Assembly: GCA_049509455.1 (NCBI GenBank)
Contig: JBEKZX010000015.1
Coordinates: 1-28,286, forward strand
Direction of reading: 5' to 3'
From: Conexivisphaerales archaeon
GTDB taxonomy: Archaea; Thermoproteota; Nitrososphaeria; Conexivisphaerales; DTJL01
Length of the DNA: 28,286 nucleotides
Shown one piece after another: positions 8,394 through 16,708 of the stretch. A program made the position numbers and the translations under genes. A model generated the notes under the pieces. It searched no databases and was not told where the DNA came from. It worked only from the letters and a program-made list of their open reading frames with translations. Within the stretch, counting starts at the first letter, position 1, and each line of letters opens with the position of its first letter.

Positions 8394-8807
8394 TCACTCG
8401 CCAACGATCTCCACGATGACCTTCCTCTCGGGCCTTGGCCCATCCAGCTCGAGAAAGAAGACGCTCTGGAATTCGCCAAGAGTAAGCGAGCCCCCTTCCA
8501 CCGGGACCGTGACCGAAGGCCCGAGATAGGCCCCTGCAAGGTGCGACTGGGCGTTGTCGTCAACGAGGTTGTGGAGCCAAGTCCCCCTGCGTGGGAAATC
8601 CTCCGCCACCTTCACCAAGACGTCTCGGAGTAGGCCCTCTTCGTTTTCGTTGATGATTATCGCTCCCGTCGTATGCATGGAGTAGACCACGCAGATCCCA
8701 CCTTTCACTCCGCTCTCCTTGACCGCCTCGGCGACGCCGGCCGTCAGGTCGACCAGCTCCCTCTTGTCATGGGTTTCCAACGACAGTTCCCTGCTGAATG
8801 CCTTCAA
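8394..8807 (-). CDS. yjbQ: UPF0047/YjbQ family protein (secondary thiamine-phosphate synthase-like)
   Basis: Motifs HTTGAIIINENE, HN-x-x-D-DNAQSHL, LGEFQSVFFLELDGPR; TTG start. Confidence 0.92.
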   Translation of the reverse strand: MKAFSRELSLETHDKRELVDLTAGVAEAVKESGVKGGICVVYSMHTTGAIIINENEEGLLRDVLVKVAEDFPRRGTWLHNLVDDNAQSHLAGAYLGPSVTVPVEGGSLTLGEFQSVFFLELDGPRPERKVIVEIVGE

Positions 8808-8894
8808 ACCAGGTTACATCCCTTTTCGAGATCGATGCCTCATGCTGTCACGGGGAGATAATTCATCGTTTCGGTCCTGCGGCCGGTTCCTCGG

Positions 8895-9020
8895 TCACCT
8901 GAATCCGGCGGCGAAGTCCTCCGGGATGGCGGAGGCATCTCCATTAAAGGGCGGTCCATGGCCGGGGAGCAGGATCGAGAAGTCTAGGGTCGTCGTTTTC
9001 CTGACGGAAGCCTTCGCCAT
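8895..9020 (-). pseudogene. C-terminal relic of a metallo-beta-lactamase-fold hydrolase
   Basis: MAKASVRKTTTLDFSILLPGHGPPFNGDASAIPEDFAAGFR*: the S-x-x-K-x-x-x-LDF-x-ILLPGHG terminal motif of MBL-fold proteins. In-frame stop four codons upstream; no HxHxDH part present. Confidence 0.65.
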
Positions 9021-9148
9021 GAGCGGGGCTCAGCTACCGGGCTTGGGTCGCAAAGACCCGAGCTACGGGCGAACCACGGCAAGCCCTCCCCAGTATCGGC
9101 TGTCTGGCTTTCGCTGGGCCGGGGCTCAAATGCCTTCCTCGGACCTCT

Positions 9149-9424
9149 CTACATAGCCAGGATGATTTCGATGCTAGAGACGTTGCTCATTGTCCCAGTT
9201 TCCGTGTTCTTGAGCTGCTCCGTCTCGATGTTTATCTCCTTCACCTTGGCTTCGGTGGCGAAACGCTTCCTCGTTATTTCTGCCACGTCAACAGCCGTGC
9301 TGATGGCTCTTCCTCTTGCCTTGATGTGTACCTCGTTCACTCCGTTCTGGAAGAGGGTCAGGCATGCTAGCACGTAGTTCATCGCAGGTTTCTTCCCGAT
9401 TAGTACGGTGTTTGGGGCTGACAT
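9149..9424 (-). CDS. albA: DNA/RNA-binding chromatin protein Alba
   Basis: [14 protein letters not shown]...[17 protein letters not shown]...NVSSIEI. Start placed at ATG 9424 rather than 9442 because the TATA box (9454-9460) is too close to 9442. Confidence 0.96.
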   Translation of the reverse strand: MSAPNTVLIGKKPAMNYVLACLTLFQNGVNEVHIKARGRAISTAVDVAEITRKRFATEAKVKEINIETEQLKNTETGTMSNVSSIEIILAM

Positions 9425-9453
9425 TTTGTGTCCTCGTGACATTACTAAGCTGG

Positions 9454-9460
9454 TTTTAAA
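9454..9460 (-). promoter_or_regulatory. TATA box of albA
   Basis: Minus-strand TTTAAAA about 33 nt upstream of ATG 9424. Confidence 0.65.
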
Positions 9461-9501
9461 TGTCTTTCGCTGGCATCAGCCAATCCCCTTCGGGCCCGGG
9501 C

Positions 9502-10275
9502 TCAGATCTTCCCCACCTCTCTCACTTCGTAGAATACGTGACGGTATGAAACCGCCCCCATAGCCAACAGCACCAACGACGTCAGGATGAGCGAGCCCAG
9601 CGCCCCCAGGGCCACCGGCTGGCCCCCGAAGACCCATGACCTGAGAGCGCCGACCCCCTGGCTCAGTGGATTGTATTCGATGAGCGTGGTCAGGAACCCC
9701 GGAAAGACGCTCTGTATGACGGAGATGGGGTAGGATATGGTGCTCATCCCCAGGAAGGCCACTTGGAGGCCATCGGCGAAGACCCAGTACCTCTCGCCCC
9801 TCTTGGAGAATAGGTTAAGCACAGCGGCTATCCCGGAAAGTCCCATCGAAAGCATGAACATCATCGGCAGCATCGCCAGGGCGGCCAGCCATGAAGCGTG
9901 AGGAAGTATGGCTAGGGCGACGGCCAGCAGGATGCCCGAGTAGATGGTCCCTCCGAGGCCCCCGGAGATGATGTGTGCCCATACCAGGCCGTCTGTGCTC
10001 ACCGGCAGGCTGAGGTAGTACTGAATCACGCCTTCAGTGAGCCCCAGATAGACCCTCCTCCCGACATCCAACGCGGCGGCGAACATCCCCGCGATGACGA
10101 CGCCTGGCACGAAAAACGCGAAGTAGTTGAAGCTCATCATGCCGTTGTAAACCAGGCCGAGGACCAGCATATCCGAGAGGTTCAACCCGATCAGCGTGGC
10201 GATGAGCCATTTCGTCCTGAAGAAATACGAGACGTCTACTCTGACGATCCTGAGTATCCTGCTACGCTGGCTCAA
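9502..10275 (-). CDS. ABC-2 type permease (second subunit)
   Basis: Likely TTG start at 10275 overlapping the upstream TGA (TTGA). YYLSLPVS, STISYPI and EYNPLSQGVGALR motifs; six TM helices. The ORF-track extension to 10674 is not credible. Confidence 0.85.
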   Translation of the reverse strand: MSQRSRILRIVRVDVSYFFRTKWLIATLIGLNLSDMLVLGLVYNGMMSFNYFAFFVPGVVIAGMFAAALDVGRRVYLGLTEGVIQYYLSLPVSTDGLVWAHIISGGLGGTIYSGILLAVALAILPHASWLAALAMLPMMFMLSMGLSGIAAVLNLFSKRGERYWVFADGLQVAFLGMSTISYPISVIQSVFPGFLTTLIEYNPLSQGVGALRSWVFGGQPVALGALGSLILTSLVLLAMGAVSYRHVFYEVREVGKI

Positions 10276-11042
10276 GACGACTTCACTCCCTCGACGGCGT
10301 GAGAAATCGTGAACATGCCAGCGAACAGGGCCCCTATGACCAGAGCCAAGACTACCACCGCCGCCAAGTAGGGATCGAGGAGGAGGGAGGGGGAGAAGCC
10401 CAGCATTCTCCTCAGGAGGTCCGTCCCGTACGTCATGGGGTTGCCCAGCGACACGTCGGCGTAAGCGGTGGGCATGTAGGCCAATGGGTAGTACATGGTG
10501 CTGAACCGTATGAGGAGGGCGCTGAGCCCCGCCACCACCGCGCTGTATATGTCGAAGGACCGGAAGGCCACGAACGACAGGGCCACCATCAGGCCGATGA
10601 CCGCTATACTCAGCAGCGTTATGATAGCGAGCGTCGACAGCAGGACAGTGGGGGTCATAACCCCGCTCAGCCACATTATGATGGCTAGAGGCGGCGTCAG
10701 CCTTACAGTGTTGACCACCACGCCCAGCATTATCTGCTCGAAGAAGAGGTCGTTACGGGCCATAGGGAGGGAGAGCAAGTACTTGAGCCTCCCTTCATGG
10801 GCGCTTTCGACGAAGCCCCTGCCGACCCAGGACGCCGTGTTGAAGAGTATGAGGACCAGCAGCCCCGTGCCATAGTAGAAGATATAATTGTCGGGCTTCA
10901 CAACAAGGGCCGAAATCAGGCGCCCGTACACGAAGAACTCGAACGCGAAGAAGAACCAGTAGTAGAGCACCCAGGGGATGGAATCGAAGGCCTCCGCCAA
11001 GTCGAACAGCAAAAGCGAGAAGATCCTAGGAGGAGCCGTCAT
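10272..11042 (-). CDS. ABC-2 type permease (first subunit)
   Basis: LKYLLSLPMAR, STMYYPL and GNPMTYGTDLLR motifs; six TM helices; follows the ATPase. Confidence 0.88.
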   Translation of the reverse strand: MTAPPRIFSLLLFDLAEAFDSIPWVLYYWFFFAFEFFVYGRLISALVVKPDNYIFYYGTGLLVLILFNTASWVGRGFVESAHEGRLKYLLSLPMARNDLFFEQIMLGVVVNTVRLTPPLAIIMWLSGVMTPTVLLSTLAIITLLSIAVIGLMVALSFVAFRSFDIYSAVVAGLSALLIRFSTMYYPLAYMPTAYADVSLGNPMTYGTDLLRRMLGFSPSLLLDPYLAAVVVLALVIGALFAGMFTISHAVEGVKSS

Positions 11043-11982
11043 CTTGGAGTGTCCCTCCCGCGTAGTGCAGAAAGATATCGTCCAGGGAAGGCTCCGTGAC
11101 CCTGACCGATGTAACCTTCAGCGAGCGCGAAGAGGCGCTGCTCATCATCAGCGGGAGCCAGTCCTCCGACCTCGTGACGTAAACCCTGAGGCGGTTGTCG
11201 GACTCCTGCAGCACCTTGGCCGTTCCTTCGACCTTCTCGATGGCGGCTACGTCCAGCCCGCCGACGGGGGCCATGAATTCGATGTCCACTATGTCAGCGC
11301 CCCTGACGCTGTCCTTGAGGGTCCTGAGGTTGTCGGTGACCACCTCCCTCCCCTTGCTCATTATGGTGATCCTGTCCGCGAGGTACTCGGCCTCTCTCAC
11401 TTCGTTCGTGGCCACCACGACGGTCGAGCCTCCCTCCCTCATCTCCCGGATCTTGTCCCAGATCATCCGCTTCCCCGCCAGGTCCACCATGGAGGTGGGC
11501 TCGTCGAAGATGGCCACCTGGGGCTTCTGGATGAACTGCTTCGCCACTTCTAGCCGCTTCCCCTGCCCCCCTGAAAGCTCCATGAACCTCTTGTCGCGGG
11601 ACTCCCACAGGTCGAACTCGTGGAGGGCCCTGTCGACGACCTCTCTCCTCTTCTCCCCTTCGAACCCATAAATGGAGGCGTGGAACGACAGGATGCCCCT
11701 CGGCTTGTGCCTCCAGAAGCCCCTGGGCTCCTGGAAGGAGATTCCCACCACTTCCCTCACCTTCAGAGGCTCCTTGACGATGTCGTAACCCATGACCTTC
11801 GCCGTCCCCCCGCTGGGCTTGAGCACGGTCGAAATGAGGTGGAGGAGCGTGGTCTTCCCCGAGCCGTTGGGCCCCAGGATGACGCGTATCTCTCCCATCT
11901 TCACTTTGAGGTTGAGGCCGTTGAGGGCCGTCGCCTTCCCATAGCCTTTCGACAGCCCCATCGTCTCGACGGCGAAATCCAA
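11026..11982 (-). CDS. ABC exporter ATP-binding protein (DrrA-like)
   Basis: GPNGSGKTT, LSGGQGKRL, IFDEPT, C-terminal EPSLDDIF; H-loop reads ATNE; TTG start. Confidence 0.93.
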   Translation of the reverse strand: MDFAVETMGLSKGYGKATALNGLNLKVKMGEIRVILGPNGSGKTTLLHLISTVLKPSGGTAKVMGYDIVKEPLKVREVVGISFQEPRGFWRHKPRGILSFHASIYGFEGEKRREVVDRALHEFDLWESRDKRFMELSGGQGKRLEVAKQFIQKPQVAIFDEPTSMVDLAGKRMIWDKIREMREGGSTVVVATNEVREAEYLADRITIMSKGREVVTDNLRTLKDSVRGADIVDIEFMAPVGGLDVAAIEKVEGTAKVLQESDNRLRVYVTRSEDWLPLMMSSASSRSLKVTSVRVTEPSLDDIFLHYAGGTLQDDGSS

Positions 11983-12095
11983 TCCGACTTCTGCCTCTAC
12001 ATCTCGCCGCTCCGCAGCAAGGATGTAATAAGACTTGCGACCCCCAGCTTGCGGGCTCCCTTGTTCTATGGTCTAGGGGCCGGCGGCCCCCGACT

Positions 12096-12386
12096 GTGGA
12101 CGTCTCTAACCAGACGATTGTCGAGCCGGACTCCGCAGCCGCACTTGGCGCATCTGTGGCCAGGTCGCAGCCTTCCAATTGGAGCGCTACGATTTCAGTG
12201 GGAGGCGCCATCACGGGCGCACCAGCGTCCGGCGCGTTGCCTGCCGTCGCATGGTCGCTCGCCGTCGTAGCCCTCCTTCTGCTCTGGTGCGTCAGGAATC
12301 CCTCGTCAATAGGAGGGTTCTATTCTGGATTGTCTCGCTTTGCCAGGTCGAGGCTTCGCAGGCCGTCTGGGGCTGGCCTCCGCTAA
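12096..12386 (+). CDS. Possible small membrane protein or gene relic (one TM segment)
   Basis: Ala/Ser-rich sequence, then AWSLAVVALLLLW, then a basic tail. No convincing promoter or start. Confidence 0.3.
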   Translation: MDVSNQTIVEPDSAAALGASVARSQPSNWSATISVGGAITGAPASGALPAVAWSLAVVALLLLWCVRNPSSIGGFYSGLSRFARSRLRRPSGAGLR

Positions 12387-12447
12387 TCACCGTTTAGCAG
12401 CTTAGGCCAGGGGTCAGGTGCGAATCAGGCTCGAAGGAACGGGTCCA

Positions 12448-12819
12448 TTAGATGAACCCGCCCAGGTAAATGGACGCCGTGATTTCTATCCCTATCACCA
12501 TGCAGATTAGCCCCGCGACGATTATGTACAGTCCCTTGTTCCCTCGTTCATTCTTCCACACCATCGCCCCTAGGATGACGGCGGCGGAGCCAAAGATCTC
12601 AGGCAAGATAAAGAGGCTCGCGATCGCGGCCAATATTCCAAGAGTCGCATACCTGCTCGGCGTGGCCGCTCGAGAAGCACGGGGCGGCGGAGAAGAGTAG
12701 GTCATGGGCTGAGAGCTGGGCGGGGCAGAAGGCTGTTGAGGCTGAAGCGCGGCGCCACACCTACTGCAGAAGGTGGCCTGCGAAGACACTAGCTCGCCGC
12801 AGTTGGGACATGTGGGCAT
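12448..12819 (-). CDS. Zinc-ribbon membrane protein (N-terminal CxxC...CxxC, Pro/Gln linker, two to three TM helices)
   Basis: CPNCGELVSSQATFCSRCG, PQQPSAPPSSQP linker, hydrophobic C-terminus. Confidence 0.85.
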   Translation of the reverse strand: MPTCPNCGELVSSQATFCSRCGAALQPQQPSAPPSSQPMTYSSPPPRASRAATPSRYATLGILAAIASLFILPEIFGSAAVILGAMVWKNERGNKGLYIIVAGLICMVIGIEITASIYLGGFI

Positions 12820-12867
12820 AATTTATTCGGCAGTCCGAACAGATATCCACCTCTTATGTCTTTCTCC

Positions 12868-12893
12868 CCTTGGACAGCTAGTCTGTTCCAAGG
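12868..12893. terminator. Stem-loop just downstream of the VOC gene stop
   Basis: CCTTGGACAG-CTAGT-CTGTTCCAAGG forms 10 bp with one bulge, 6 nt past the stop at 12900. No U-tract. Confidence 0.35.
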
Positions 12894-12899
12894 AGCTGC

Positions 12900-13280
12900 T
12901 CACTGGAAGACCTCAATCCATATTCCGTTGGGGTCTTCTACGTAGGCCCATCTTGCTGTCTTGGTCCTGATCTCTTTAACTAAGGGGTGCCCCAGCTTCT
13001 TCGCTAAGGCAACGGTTTCGTCCACGTTCTCGACTTGGAAGCAGAGATGGTCCAGCCCATCCCCGACCGTGTATCGCTTATCGTAGAGGCTCCCCTTCTG
13101 GTAGAAGTTAAGCTCCAGCGGGAAGCCTCCCTCTTCGCTGACCAGAGAAGCCACCTCTCCGTGAGTGACTTCGATCTTGCTTCTTCCCGAAAGCTTCATG
13201 CCGAACAGCTTCGTGTAGAATTCGATGGACGCGTCAAGGTCCTTGACTCTGATGCCTACGTATGTAAACTTGGATTTCAC
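12900..13280 (-). CDS. VOC family protein, lactoylglutathione lyase (glyoxalase I)-like
   Basis: YVGIRVKDLDASIEFYT, LELNF, LDHLCFQVENVD, AYVEDPNGIWIEV; GTG start; CTTAAG at 13305-13310 about 27 nt upstream. Confidence 0.9.
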   Translation of the reverse strand: MKSKFTYVGIRVKDLDASIEFYTKLFGMKLSGRSKIEVTHGEVASLVSEEGGFPLELNFYQKGSLYDKRYTVGDGLDHLCFQVENVDETVALAKKLGHPLVKEIRTKTARWAYVEDPNGIWIEVFQ

Positions 13281-13905
13281 AGGTCGAACTCCGCAGCAGG
13301 ATGTCTTAAGGTTGTCGTCGCTCGCTCATCGCCCGAGAATGCAAGCCCGTGCACCTAGCTTTCGGCGAATGGTGACCACGTGCGGGGTCCGCACTACGGT
13401 CCGTCGGCAGAGACCGCCCAAGTGGGTATGCGCTTTCGGCTCACATTGCATTCTTGCCTTCCACCACGGGGGAATCTGACCCAACTCTCTGTAGCGGGTC
13501 TCTTATGCCGCTGTTTCGACGTCCACCTCACCGTGACCAACGATTTGATGTCGCAGATTCGCGTCGCCATCAACATCTCGGTCTATGATCAAAGGAGTGG
13601 CGACCTGTTGGACTGCAAAGGCGCTCATGTAAACATACACTCTCGATCACTCCGCGTTTGCCGCTGCCTAGTTTAGCCTGTCCACCCAGGAGCTCCGGCT
13701 CGCGTTCGTCGTGAAAGTCAGCTCCCCCCAATTGCCAGGACGCGGCCACCGTGTCGACCACCAAGAAGGTCACCACCATCGACTTCCTGCTCTTGAAAGC
13801 CGGCATCCTGACGAGGCGAACGTGACCGGGTTCCCTCGCTCACAAGAGTTGCTCCGCGTAGAGTTTCCTGATCAGCCGCGGCTTCGGTTCTGCGGATCAG
13901 GCCAC

Positions 13906-15051
13906 CTACAGTGGTTCACCCCTTGGGGAGCCGGCAGCCTTCCGCCGAAACGCTACCCCCGTAGATAGGACTCCACCGATCGCCACGAGAGGAAGCAACA
14001 TGGTGAGCCACAGCCCCGACGACGCGACAGCTCCCGCCAGCGCGGGCCCCACGAACGAGCCAAGGCCCAGCGACGACTCGAAGAGGCCGGCCGATCGTCC
14101 CCTCCCTTCGGCCGGACCGCTAAGCATGCTGACTAGGGTGGCCGAATACACGGACCCAAAGCCTATCCCGGTCACCAGAGAGCAGAGGATGAGAAGATAC
14201 TGGTTGGGTCCAGGAAGTATCGCATATAGTGGAAAAGCCGCGGCCACCAGTAGGAACGTCGTCATGGTGCCCATCAGCCCCAGAGAGCGCATCACCCTCT
14301 CCGAGAGGAAGAAGGCGAGAAGGCGCCCCGCGTAGATGGCGCTGAGCACCGTCCCCCACAGCGCGACTTCGAGGTTCAGGCTGGCGGCGTACCTTGGGAA
14401 GAACGTAGAGAAAGTTGTCAAGGTCAGGCCGTACACGAAGCTGAATGAAAGAAGCACCGCCGTCGCCTTGAATTCCAGTTTCTCCTTCGGCCTCACTAAG
14501 GGGGAGGAGTGAACCGGAGGGCGACCCTCTATCCTCAATGTGAGGAGGAGGGCAGCGAGCATTGCGGCGACACAAAAGAATAGGGTACCCACCACCGAGC
14601 TCCAGTCCACCAGCAGGCTCCCGAAGACTGGCGCGGCCATGGCACCCACTCCCCAGGCTAGGTTGAACGTCTTCATGCTCCTTCGGACATCGGTTCCGCT
14701 GACGCTGTAGAGGGCCTCCAGAGGAGGCCAGATCATGGCCCAGCCTAACCCCTCTAGGAGCCTCAGGCCGACGAAGACGGCAGGGTTGCTCACCATGGTA
14801 TAGGCTAGGCAGAGGACGGTCAGGAGCGAGGAGCCCAGGACCAGGAGCCTCTTCGGGCCGACCCTGTCCGAGAGCCTGCCTGTGAAGAAGGGAGCGAACA
14901 TGTATACCACTGAACCCGACGCCCCCACTAGCCCCACCAGAAAGCTGTTCGCACCCAGCTGGAAGGCCCTGTAGGGGAGGTAGATGGAGATCATGACTAT
15001 GGTCAGCTCCGAGAAGAACGAGATTATTGCCGGGTACTGGCTTCTGTCCAC
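13906..15051 (-). CDS. MFS transporter
   Basis: Motif A GRLSDRVGPKR, RLLEGLG, about 12 TM helices. Start probably GTG 15051 (or 15063); the ORF-track extension to 15174 is antisense to a small + strand gene. Confidence 0.88.
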   Translation of the reverse strand: MDRSQYPAIISFFSELTIVMISIYLPYRAFQLGANSFLVGLVGASGSVVYMFAPFFTGRLSDRVGPKRLLVLGSSLLTVLCLAYTMVSNPAVFVGLRLLEGLGWAMIWPPLEALYSVSGTDVRRSMKTFNLAWGVGAMAAPVFGSLLVDWSSVVGTLFFCVAAMLAALLLTLRIEGRPPVHSSPLVRPKEKLEFKATAVLLSFSFVYGLTLTTFSTFFPRYAASLNLEVALWGTVLSAIYAGRLLAFFLSERVMRSLGLMGTMTTFLLVAAAFPLYAILPGPNQYLLILCSLVTGIGFGSVYSATLVSMLSGPAEGRGRSAGLFESSLGLGSFVGPALAGAVASSGLWLTMLLPLVAIGGVLSTGVAFRRKAAGSPRGEPL

Positions 15052-15077
15052 GCTTTCATGCACGTCGATAGGGCGGG

Positions 15078-15085
15078 TTCTAAAG
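15078..15085. promoter_or_regulatory. Candidate bidirectional TATA-like element
   Basis: TTCTAAAG (minus strand CTTTAGAA), about 31 nt from the MFS GTG 15051 and about 34 nt from the TTG 15116 of the divergent small gene. Confidence 0.35.
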
Positions 15086-15115
15086 GTTGCCGTACCCTTG
15101 CCGGACGTCCCTTCC

Positions 15116-15337
15116 TTGAACGTAGGCTGGGTCAAGGTGCTGGTCGCCGTCGCCGTGGGACTGCTGATGTTCATCGTCGGTGTTCGTCACTTCAAGATCT
15201 TCCCACCGCAGGATTTCCCGCCGAATCAGACAAATGACAGGCTTCCCTACGACGCCCTCAGGACGAGCATCAGGACGCTTCTGGCGGACCCGGCGAACTC
15301 AGGGGCTAGCGAAGAGCTGCTTCAGCGCTTCTCCTGA
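15116..15337 (+). CDS. Small single-TM membrane protein (about 73 aa)
   Basis: TTG start; MNVGWVKVLVAVAVGLLMFIVGVRHFKIFPPQDFPPNQTNDRLPYDALRTSIRTLLADPANSGASEELLQRFS*; strong GC3 bias. An alternative TTG lies at 15098. Confidence 0.6.
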   Translation: MNVGWVKVLVAVAVGLLMFIVGVRHFKIFPPQDFPPNQTNDRLPYDALRTSIRTLLADPANSGASEELLQRFS

Positions 15338-15659
15338 ACCTGAAGGCGGTCACCGCGGCGTATGCGGCGACTGAGACGACGAGACCGAACCAGTCAGCCG
15401 CGTAGATGAGCCCGAGCGCCACGCCAATGGTGAAGACGACGCCATCACGGACGATGGTGTCACCTTCTTGGAAGTACCACGCCACGAGCAGCTCGGCGAG
15501 GACGATGTAGGCCACCACGGGCGCCGCCGAACTCGCTTCGGCCTCTCCCATCACAGAAAGCACCAACCCAAACACCAAGAGCAGCATGCTCTCGCGGACG
15601 CCATCGAAGGTCAGTCTGGCGGACCTCATTACGTGCTTGAGGGATCCTTCTGGAGCCAT
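15306..15659 (-). CDS. Small multi-TM hypothetical membrane protein
   Basis: Four hydrophobic segments; AGGAG 5 nt before ATG 15659 (ORF extends to 15683); 3' end overlaps the convergent small gene by 32 nt. Confidence 0.65.
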   Translation of the reverse strand: MAPEGSLKHVMRSARLTFDGVRESMLLLVFGLVLSVMGEAEASSAAPVVAYIVLAELLVAWYFQEGDTIVRDGVVFTIGVALGLIYAADWFGLVVSVAAYAAVTAFRFRRSAEAALR

Positions 15660-15958
15660 AGGATGCTCCTCCGCAACCATCAAGACACCCTCCTAGATGG
15701 TAGGAGAGCGAACGAAGGAGGAGGGTCGCAATGTGCCGATCCCGGGGGAGGGCTCGGCCTGTACGCCATGGGTCTAGCGACCAGGCCGAATCTCTCCGGG
15801 TGCGTCCTACCCCATTCACGCCAGCCGTTCAACCCATTCGTCAGGTTCAAAGTTGCCTGGTACGCTATTTATCGGATTTCCGAAAACGTTCCATAATCAC
15901 TAGTGATAGGACGCAAAGTGTGGCGTCATAGCGGCCCGCGCCGCCGCTTGTGGACCGC

Positions 15959-16708
15959 TCAGTAGATCCCGTCGAGCGCCCTGTTGTACTTATCCGAAAA
16001 TATGGCGCTTGACAACTCCTTTGTCGACAGCTCGTGCGTCACCTTTCCGTCCCTCACTGCGTAGGCTCTGTCACACTGGGAGATTACGATGGGATCATGG
16101 GTTACGATGACGAAGGTCACGTTCTTCTCCTTCCTGAGCTCCTTAATCAGGTCCATGAGTCTCTTGGCTGACTTCGAGTCCAGGTCCCCCGTCGGCTCGT
16201 CGGCTAGGATTACTGAAGGTCCATTGGCAAGGGCCCTAGCGACGGCCACCCTCTGCTGCTCTCCTCCGCTTAGCTCGTCGGGCCTGTGATGGAGCCTCTC
16301 CTCTAGCCCCACCGTCTTCAGGAGCTCCCGCGCTCGATCGTCCTGCACCCCCTTCGGCACGTTGGCGAACGACATGGGCAGCTCCACGTTTTCGAGGGCG
16401 GAGAGCGTCGAAATCAGGTTGTAGAACTGGAAGATGAAGCCGACCTTGTTCAGCCGGTAATCCGCCAGCTCGGATTCTCCCAGCTGGCTCAGGTCGACCC
16501 CGTCGACCACCACCTTCCCCTGCGACGGCCTGTCCAAGCCTCCGATCAGGTTCAGGAGCGTCGTCTTCCCCGACCCCGAAGGGCCGATGATCCCCACGAT
16601 TTCGCCCCGATTGATCTTCAGGCTCACACCGTTCAACGCCGGAACGGGCACCTTCCCTCTCCTGTACTGCTTGGTGGCTTGGACGGTCTCAACGAGGCTC
16701 TCAGACAT
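15959..16708 (-). CDS. ABC ATP-binding protein, LolD/MacB/FtsE family
   Basis: GPSGSGKTT, FIFQFYNLI, LSGGEQQRVAVARAL, LADEPTGDLD, VTHD. Confidence 0.95.
   Translation of the reverse strand: MSESLVETVQATKQYRRGKVPVPALNGVSLKINRGEIVGIIGPSGSGKTTLLNLIGGLDRPSQGKVVVDGVDLSQLGESELADYRLNKVGFIFQFYNLISTLSALENVELPMSFANVPKGVQDDRARELLKTVGLEERLHHRPDELSGGEQQRVAVARALANGPSVILADEPTGDLDSKSAKRLMDLIKELRKEKNVTFVIVTHDPIVISQCDRAYAVRDGKVTHELSTKELSSAIFSDKYNRALDGIY

Noticed and set aside
8880-9148. Possible RNase P or SRP RNA (GGCGAAGTCC resembles the P4 motif; several hairpins)
   Set aside because: No matching 3' P4 half or SRP helix-8 motif, and 8895-9020 is better explained as an MBL-fold coding relic on the other strand.
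10276-10674. N-terminal extension of ORF 9502..10674
   Set aside because: Out-of-frame overlap with the upstream permease; a TTGA-coupled start at 10275 gives a normal-sized protein.
15052-15174. Thr-rich N-terminal extension of the MFS
   Set aside because: Explained as the antisense of the small + strand membrane gene and the shared promoter.
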